Assembly: GCA_030141605.1 (NCBI GenBank)
Contig: JAQGDQ010001660.1
Location: 1 to 30,667, forward strand
Origin: Tubiluchus corallicola
Lineage: Eukaryota; Animalia; Priapulida
Direction: 5' to 3'
DNA: 30,667 nucleotides
How positions within the stretch are numbered: position 1 is the first letter of the stretch; every line of letters starts with the position of its first letter. A program made the translations under genes and the position numbers. Below the pieces are notes generated by a model. It made no database searches and was not told the origin of the DNA. It saw only the letters and a program-made list of their open reading frames with translations. Below are positions 23,047 to 30,667 of this stretch, one piece after another.

Positions 23047-23602
23047 GTAAGATGGTTAAGTTTTATTGTAAATGATTTTTAGATATTTGTAATGTAAGTA
23101 AGTACAGTTTAAGGTGAAATTTGAAAGACAAGGCCTGCTAAGTTCACGTGAAACGTTTGGAAAAGAATTGTTAATCAATTGCGCTCAAACGAAGACTTGG
23201 AAAAGTATGAATTAAATATTTACGTCATTGCGTGTTGGACTGTTAATTAATTCAGCAACGTCAGTGTTTTAGAGAACTGAATTTAACATTAACTTTACCT
23301 TTAAGTGTTTCCCTGCCAAGAAATCTCCAAGCTGTTGACACCAAATGTTCAAAATTAACGCGATTAAATTAGTTGATCGGATCCTATGATCTGTGATTTG
23401 AATTTATTGATATTTATGCACATTACCTGTTGCTAAAGGGAACAAAACAACAAGTAATAGTACGTATATCATAATTTATTACATCTAAGTATTGCTCAAA
23501 CAGTTTTGAAACTGTCATGATCTCAGAATCTGGTGTGAAAGCCTTGGGTGTCTCAGCACAGCTTGCAGTCTTGAAAGCTATGAATGGACTCGAAGAATTT
23601 AA

Positions 23603-23905
23603 AGGAAGACAAAACGATTTTTTCATATACTACCCCACTTTCAAATACGATAAAAATACACATATTAATGTCAATTAATACAGCAAAACGTTTCTAATAG
23701 ATTAAAAACTTAATTAACGACAGGTGAGCCCAACTGTTAATGACATCACAAACTAACGTAATTTTCAACAGCAAAAACATTCCATGAGCGCGTTACACGT
23801 GCTTGCGAAAGCGAAAATTGAAGTACAATGCTAGTGTAAGATATTCAGTGTGTTATCTTAAAATTCGGCAAGTGATAAAAATTCAAATTTCAAATTCACC
23901 GTTTA
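23603..23905. mobile_element. Truncated diverged copy of the Kolobok-like MITE at 9057
   Basis: TTAA|AGGAAGAA-like start (TTAA|AGGAAGAC); shares TTTTTCATAT.CTACCCCACTTT, AAATTGAAGTACA.TGCTA.TGTA and AAATTTCAA.TTCACCG blocks in the same order. Confidence 0.7.
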
Positions 23906-24111
23906 AAAATTTGCCACACAGATTCAAGAAAACACATATAAGCCTCCTGGTTTGATTTGCATTATCTCCAAAATATTGCCTTTCTGAGTTTGTGGTGTTT
24001 TATAGCAAACGTGGTCTCATTTGTAAACACTTTCAGTTGGTTCAATATCTCTGTTAACTTATGATAACAAAATAGGTTCTGGTCCCGCCCAACCACCAAA
24101 CCACCAAACCA

Positions 24112-25287
24112 CATTGTTCAATGTTAGTGGTAGGCCACCATTGTCAAGTTATGGTCAGGCCACCATTGTTCAATGTTATGGTCACACCACAAAAGGCCAC
24201 CATTGTTCAATGTTAGTGGTAGCCACCATTGTTCAATGTTAGTGTCAGCACCATTGTTCAAGTTATGGTCGGGCCACCATTGTTCAATGTTAGTGGTATG
24301 GCCACCATTGTTCAATGTTAGTGGTTAGGCCACCATTGTTCAATGTTAGTGGTCAGGCCACCATTGTTCAATGTTAGTGGTCAGGCCATCATTGTTCAAT
24401 GTTAGTGGTCAGGCCACCATTGTTCAATGTTAGTGGTTAGGCCACCATTGTTCAATGTTAGCTGTCTGGTCAACATTGTTCAATGTTAGTGGTTAGGCCA
24501 TCATTGTTCAATGTTAGTGGTCAGGCCATCATTGTTCAATGTTAGTGGTCAGGCCACCATTGTTCAATGTTAGTGGTTAGGCCACCATTGTTCAATGTTA
24601 GTGGTTAGGCCACCATTGTTCAATGTTAGTGGTTAGGCCACCATTGTTCAATGTTAGTGGTCAGGCCATCATTGTTCAATGTTAGTGGTCAGCTCACCAT
24701 TGTTCAAAGTTAATGGTCAGGCCACCATTGTTCAATGTTAGTGGTTAGGCCACCATTGTTCAATGTTAGTGGTCAGGCCACCATTGTTCAATGTTAGTGG
24801 TCAGGCCACCATTGTTCAATGTTAGTGGTCAGGCCACCATTGTTCAATGTTAATGGTCAGGCCACCATTGTTCAATGTTAGTGGTTAGGCCACCATTGTT
24901 CAATGTTAGTGGTTAGCCACCACAAACAACCACAAACACCACATTGTTCAATGTTAGTTCAGCCACCATTGTTCAATGTTAGTGGTTAGGCCACCATTGT
25001 TCAATGTTAGTGGTATGGCCACCATTGTTCAATGTTAGTGGTCAGGCCACCATTGTTCAATGTTAGTGGTCAGGCCAATATTGCTCAATGTTAGTGGTCA
25101 GGCCACCATTGTTCAATGTTAGTGGTATGGCCACCATTGTTCAATGTCAGTGGTGAGGCCACCATTGTTCAAGGTTAGTGGTGAGGCCACCATTGTTCAA
25201 TGTCAGTGGTGAGGCCACCATTCTTCAATGTTAGTGGTCTGGTCACCATTGTTCAATGTTAGTGGTCAGGCCACCATGGTTCAATGT
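24112..25287. repeat. 28-bp tandem minisatellite, about 42 copies
   Basis: Unit GGCCACCATTGTTCAATGTTAGTGGTCA; period 28 (24301, 24329 ...). Confidence 0.96.
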
Positions 25288-25590
25288 ACCTAGAAGGCAG
25301 TGTCCTTTGCTTCTAATTTTCGTAAAGAGGATCAACTCGGTTTGAAACTTTGACCTTTGACCTGATGACGTCAGAAAAATGGTTTTTTGAAACGCGTGTG
25401 AAAGTCAACTTATCTGCTTTTACGTATACTAAGATATAATACACGTGATTTTATGATTTTGTAACGTGGCGGTCACGTGATTAGTTTTCTATCACGTTTT
25501 GATATGTGACGTGCAGACGAACAGATACACAGACGAACTTACATGCCTGTGTGAGTACTTAACAAAACTTAAAAAACCAATTGTCGACAG

Positions 25591-25807
25591 ATTTTTCAAA
25601 CGGCTTCCACGAGGGTGCGTTTAACTGGCTTCTACAACAGCGCAATGTCCACTATGGGTGGGAGAAGAACACGGAGAGGGTGGTCCTCGCTTTACAGATG
25701 ACTGATCCACTCTGGTTGAAGGAAGCGTCCAGTCAAATGACAGTGAAACAGATGAATATTGAAATAGCTGAGCAGCTGATGAAAAATGTGGGAACAAAAG
25801 CAACCAG
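25591..25807 (+). CDS. Transcobalamin/intrinsic-factor-like (CG3556-like) protein, exon 2
   Basis: gacag|...CAG|gtcaga; FSNGFHEGAFNWLLQQRNVHYGWEKNTERVVLALQMTDPLW...QMTVKQMNIEI resembles the invertebrate cobalamin-binding family motif WL...R...GW...T...VLAL...SVK.ME.E. Confidence 0.8.
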
Positions 25808-25877
25808 GTCAGAATCTTATTTAATTTTTTGTCTAGCAAAATAATTGTGACATAAATGTCAACGATCTTTGCGCGCG

Positions 25878-26214
25878 TTGTTGCTGCTGCTGTTGTTGCT
25901 GTTGCTGTGGCTGTGGCTGCTGCAGATGCAGATGCTGTGGCTGTTGCTGTGGCTGTGGCTGTGGCTGCTGCAGATGCAGATGCTGTTGCTGTGGCTGTGG
26001 CTGCTGCAGATGCAGATGCTGTTGCTGTTGCTGTTGCTGTGGCTGTGGCTGTGGCTGTGGCTGCTGCAGATGCAGATGCTGTTGCTGTTGCTGTTGCTGT
26101 GGCTGTGGCTGTGGCTGTGGCTGCTGCAGATACAGATGCTGTTGCTGTGGCTGTGGCTGCTGCAGATGCAGATGCTGTTGCTGTGGCTGTGGCTGCTGCA
26201 GATGCTGTTGCTGT

Positions 26215-26249
<35 letters not shown>

Positions 26250-26312
26250 TTGCTGTTGCTGTTGCTGTGGCTGCTGCAGATGCTGTTGCTGTTGCTGTGG
26301 CTGTCGCTGTCG
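25878..26312. repeat. Compound hexamer microsatellite (GCTGTT/GCTGTG/GCAGAT)
   Basis: Direct inspection; source of the poly-AV, SH and LW ORFs. Confidence 0.95.
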
Positions 26313-27159
26313 TAGTTGATAAACGTTGGTCTTGTCAAACCGTATATCCAGACGATTTGCACAAACAATTAAGCATTACAAACTTCTTATGACACTGAGT
26401 AAATTTTTAAAAGTTATTTTAAGACGCGTTTTTATCTAAAATGATGTAATTACTTCCAAATCGTCGTTGTTGATGAATATTGGCCTGCTCAAGCCGTACA
26501 TCTAGACCATTTGCACAAACAATTAAATATTAAAAACCTTTTGGACACTGACTAATTACTTTAAAGTTGTTTTGACATAAGTTTTTATCTAAATTGTTTA
26601 AAAGTCAAGTTGTTCAAATCGTAACTAATCACGACAAAAATCACTAAAATTGAATAGTCCTGCCTAATGCAAATCAGAACAGTGCCATAATAAACTCTGC
26701 TCAAATTCCTCTAGAATGCAATGTGCACAAAGGGTCGTGAATGGTAGTGACAAAACTCTTATTTTCTCGAGCATTTTGATAAATGACACTTATTTCTTTT
26801 AGTTTTTTTTTACTACTTAACTAGAAAACTGTGGAGAATAAATACTTTAGAAAGGTCATCCTTTCCACAAATGCTTATGATGTAAGATTTAATTCCGTGT
26901 AAGGCTCTTGTTCTACTGATTCACATAAAATTATGTCATAATCATTTAATTCATGGCCTGGCTTCAATGCTGTGTATCATTCTTATGTAGTGGCATAAGA
27001 TATAGTGGCATAAGATATACATACCATAGTGGCTTATGGTATGTATGCTGTTCAACTAAGATATCATTCCCACGTTAATCTTCACTCTTACTTCTCTGCT
27101 GTGACCCTAACCCTATCCCAAACTATGATTCCCACTATACAGGACAGTCACACTACTCC

Positions 27160-27530
27160 AAACTGTCCAGTCAAATGCAGTCCAGTTGAACCAGTTCACT
27201 TCACTTTAGTTTCGTCCAGTCAAGTCCAGACCAGCCCCTTCCATTGCAGTCCAGTCCAAGTCTAGTCCAGTCCAGGAAAACGAAGTGCAATGCAGTCTAA
27301 TCCAGTCAAGTCTGGACCATTCCATTTCATTTTTGCCCAGTCCAAGTCTAGTCCAGTCCAGGAAAATGAAGTGCAATGCAGTGCAGTGCAGTGCAGTATA
27401 GTCCAATCCAGTCGAGTGCAGTGTAGCCCAGTCCAATCAGTCCAGTCCTGTCCAGTCCGCTCCGGTCCTCTCCGGTCCGGTCCAGTCCAGTCCAGTCCAG
27501 TCCGGTCCAGTCCAGTCCAGTCCAGTCAAT
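27160..27530. repeat. Degenerate (CCAGT/GCAGT)n pentamer tract
   Basis: Runs of ccagtccagt and gcagtgcagt. Confidence 0.88.
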
Positions 27531-27632
27531 ACATGTAGTCCGACCTAACCCAGCTCCCTCTAATTTTAATTTAGTTTTATTTACAGTGCAATGCATTGTG
27601 CTAGATATATATGCCAATACATTACAATGATG

Positions 27633-28005
27633 CAATAACAATAACAATAACAGTAACAGTAACAATAACAATAACAATAACAATAGCAATAACAATAACA
27701 ATAAAAATACGAATAACAATAACAATAACAATAGCAATAACAATAACAATAAGAATAGCAATAACAATAACAATAAGAATAGCAATAACAATAACAATAA
27801 GAATAGCAATAACAATAACAATAAGAATAGCAATAACAATAACAATAACAATAACAATAACAATAGCAATAACAATAACAATAACAATAACAATAACAAT
27901 AACAATAACAATAACAATAACAATAACAATAACAATAACAATAACAATAACAATAACAATAACAATAACAATAACAATAACAATAACAATAACAATAACA
28001 ATAAC
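27633..28005. repeat. (AACAAT)n hexamer microsatellite
   Basis: Direct inspection; mirrored by (ATTGYT)n at 30600-30667. Confidence 0.96.
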
Positions 28006-28452
28006 GAACAAATTGACACTTATATAAATATTATTTTATGCGTTCATATGCTTACATCCCTTATTATCAGTTATAATTCTATTAAGACATATTAAGAAAT
28101 TTCAGAGTTAACTGCAACGTGCGCTAATTCAGTTAAAAATCTTCACGTCTTGAAACATAATCACTGAAATGTTTGTTTGCACATCTAGATATCATGATCT
28201 TCCAGCTGGAGTTTTAGCTTACATCATCAACGCCATTGTGTTTACCTGTCAGAATCCAAGAGATTTCCTGGGAAACAATTTAGTGCAAGTACTTCGGTTG
28301 AAGGTAAGGGATGTCCAGTGAACTACTAATGTGTAATTAATTAATGAATTTGACGTTTGCAAAGTCACTGTTGAAACAGTAGTGTAATTGTGCAGGTAAG
28401 TTAGGTGAAGATTTGTAGAAGTGGTGCAATTTCTCGTTTGTGTTCATCCGTC
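28004..28452 (+). repeat. Left arm of a long inverted repeat (partner 30171-30600, extending into the microsatellites)
   Basis: ACGAACAAATTGACAC...GTGTTCATCCGTC is the reverse complement of GACGGATGAACAC...GTGTCAATTTGTTCGT, with scattered substitutions and indels. Confidence 0.97.
28189..28303 (+). CDS. Transcobalamin/intrinsic-factor-like protein, exon 3
   Basis: tctag|...AAG|gtaagg; phase 2 matches exon 2; YHDLPAGVLAYIINAIVFTCQNPRDFLGNNLVQVLRLK fits G.LA.Y..AL...C.DP..F.G.DLV..L. Confidence 0.82.
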
Positions 28453-28737
28453 ATGAGTGACCATAAGCGGAAGCCCTAAATTAAAGCTATTGCCCGTGTA
28501 GACCTAATTAATATCAGACAAAACTCCTAAGTTACTTCTGTCTTCCTGGCCAGAAAACCATAAGCATCCTTTATTGTCTGAGCAAGTTGTCTAACTATTG
28601 TGACGTTTGTCTTATAACAGGCTTGCTTAAAATAGGATATAAAAGCTGTTTTGATACGTAAAATCGTCTAAAACAAAATCGCTGAAGCTGCCAAAAGAAA
28701 GACCCAATATGACACGGATGTCCTGCGAGCAATTCTT

Positions 28738-30174
28738 AGAAGTTTTGCTTTCGTTTCAGGACATGTAAATATTAGCTTGAACTCAGAAGTTTTGCTTTCA
28801 GGACATGTAAATATTAGCTTGAGCGCAGAAGTTTTGCTTTCAGGACATGTAATTATTAGCTTGAGCGCAGAAGTTTTGCTTTCAGGACATTTAAACATTG
28901 GCTTGAGCTCAGAAGTTTTGCTTTCAGGACATTTAAATATTAGCTTGAGCTCAGACGTTTTGCTTTCAGGGCATGTAATTATTAGCTTGAGCTCAGAAGT
29001 TTTGCTTTCAGGACATGTAAATATTAGCTTGAGTTCAGACGTTTTGCTTTCAGGGCATGTAATTATTAGCTTGAGCTCAAAAGTTTTGCTTTCAGGATAT
29101 GTAATTATTAGCTTGAGCTCAGAAGTTTTGCTTTCAGGACATGTAAATATTAGCTTGCGCTCAAAAGTTTTGCTTTCAGGACATGTAATTATTAGGTTGA
29201 TCTCAAAAGTTTTGCTTTCAGGACATTTAAATATTAACTTGAGCTCAGAAGTTTTGCTTTCAGGACATGTAAATATTAGCTTGAGCGCAGAAGTTTTGCT
29301 TTCAGGACATGTAATTATTAGCTTGAGCGCAGAAGTTTTCTTTCAGGACATTTAAACATTGGCTTGAGCTCAGAAGTTTTGCTTTCAGGACATTTAAATA
29401 TTAGCTTGAGCTCAGACGTTTTGCTTTCAGGGCATGTAATTATTAGCTTGAGCTCAGAAGTTTTGCTTTCAGGACATGTAAATATTAGCTTGAGTTCAGA
29501 CGTTTTGCTTTCAGGGCATGTAATTATTAGCTTGAGCTCAAAAGTTTTGCTTTCAGGATATGTAATTATTAGCTTGAGCTCAGAAGTTTTGCTTTCAGGA
29601 CATGTAAATATTAGCTTGCGGTCAAAAGTTTTGCTTTCAGGACATGTAATTATTAGCTTGAGCTCAGAAGTTTTGCTTTCAGGACATTTAAATATTAGCT
29701 TGAGCTCAGAAGTTTTGCTTTCAGGACATTTAAATATTAGCATGAGCTCAGACGTTTTGCTTTCAGGGCATGTAATTATTAGCTTGAGCTCAGAAGTTTT
29801 GCTTTCAGGACATGTAAATATTAGCTTGAGTTCAGACGTTTTGCTTTCAGGGCATGTAATTATTAGCTTGAGCTCAAAAGTTTTGCTTTCAGGACATGTA
29901 AATATTAGCTTGCGCTCAAAAGTTTGGCTTTCAGGACATGTAATTATTAGGTTGATCTCAAAAGTTTTGCTTTCAGGACATTTAAATATTAACTTGAGCT
30001 CAGAAGTTTTGCTTTCAGGACATGTAAATATTAGCTTGAGCGCAGAAGTTTTGCTTTCAGGACATGTAATTATTAGCTTGAGCGCAGAAGTTTTGCTTTC
30101 AGGACATTTAAACATTGGCTTGAGCTCAGAAGTTTTGCTTTCAGGACATTTAAATATTAGCTTGAGCTCAGACG
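28738..30174. repeat. 42-bp tandem minisatellite, about 34 copies, forming most of the inverted-repeat spacer
   Basis: Unit AGAAGTTTTGCTTTCAGGACATGTAAATATTAGCTTGAGCTC. Confidence 0.97.
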
Positions 30175-30667
30175 GATGAACACAAACGAGAAATTGCACC
30201 ACTTCTACTAAACTTAACCTAACTTTCTAGCACAATTACACTACTGTTTCAACAGTGACTTTGCAAACGTCAAATTCATTAATTAAGTTCACTGGACGTC
30301 CCTTACCTTCAACCGAAGTACTTGCACTAAATTGTTTCCCAGGAAATCTCTTGGATTCTGACAGGTAAACACAATGGCGTTGATGATGTAAGCCAAAACT
30401 CCAGCTGGAAGATCATGATATCTAGATGTGCAAACAAACATTTCAGTGATTAGGTTTCAAGACGTGAAGATTTCTAACTGAATAAGCGCACGTTAGCACT
30501 GAAATTTCTTAATATGCCTTAATAGAATTATAATTGACAATAAGGGATGTAAGCATATGAACGCATAAAATAATATTTATATAAGTGTCAATTTGTTCGT
30601 TATTGTTATTGTTATTGCTATTGTTATTGCTATTGCTATTGCTATTGCTATTGCTATTGCTATTGTT
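30171..30667 (-). repeat. Right arm of the inverted repeat (runs to window end)
   Basis: Reverse complement of about 27940-28452. Confidence 0.96.
30307..30421 (-). CDS. Inverted duplicate of transcobalamin-like exon 3 (functional status unknown)
   Basis: 115 nt with intact splice sites; identical to 28189-28303 except one synonymous TTA/TTG change. Confidence 0.6.

Noticed and set aside
25856-28027. Poly-AV, SH, LW, IT and L ORFs and the VQSSP ORFs
   Set aside because: Translations of intronic hexamer and pentamer microsatellites.

Overview
AT-rich, intron- and repeat-rich eukaryotic DNA, most likely from an invertebrate animal; no prokaryotic features. (1) A + strand SLC13/DASS-family Na+/dicarboxylate-citrate cotransporter (Indy/SLC13A2/A5-like). 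Thirteen phase-consistent exons lie between 748 and 17530 (625 aa; N-terminus upstream of the window), with one GC-AG intron and a roughly 185-aa expanded hydrophilic loop. (2) A candidate small secreted Cys-rich peptide ORF (20895-21080). (3) The first three exons of a secreted transcobalamin/intrinsic-factor-like (CG3556-like) gene (22977-28303) with a TATA+Inr promoter. Its exon 3 and flanking introns are duplicated in inverted orientation (30171 to window end) around a 42-bp minisatellite. Introns carry a TSD-flanked SINE with a 5S rRNA head and an RTE-like body and tail (13435-13906), an internally deleted DD41D Tc1/mariner element, Kolobok-like MITEs, LINE relics, a decayed LRR-gene fragment and many mini/microsatellites. 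The most notable items are the 5S-RTE SINE and the exon-containing inverted duplication. Family assignments come from motif recognition by eye; no database searches were run.
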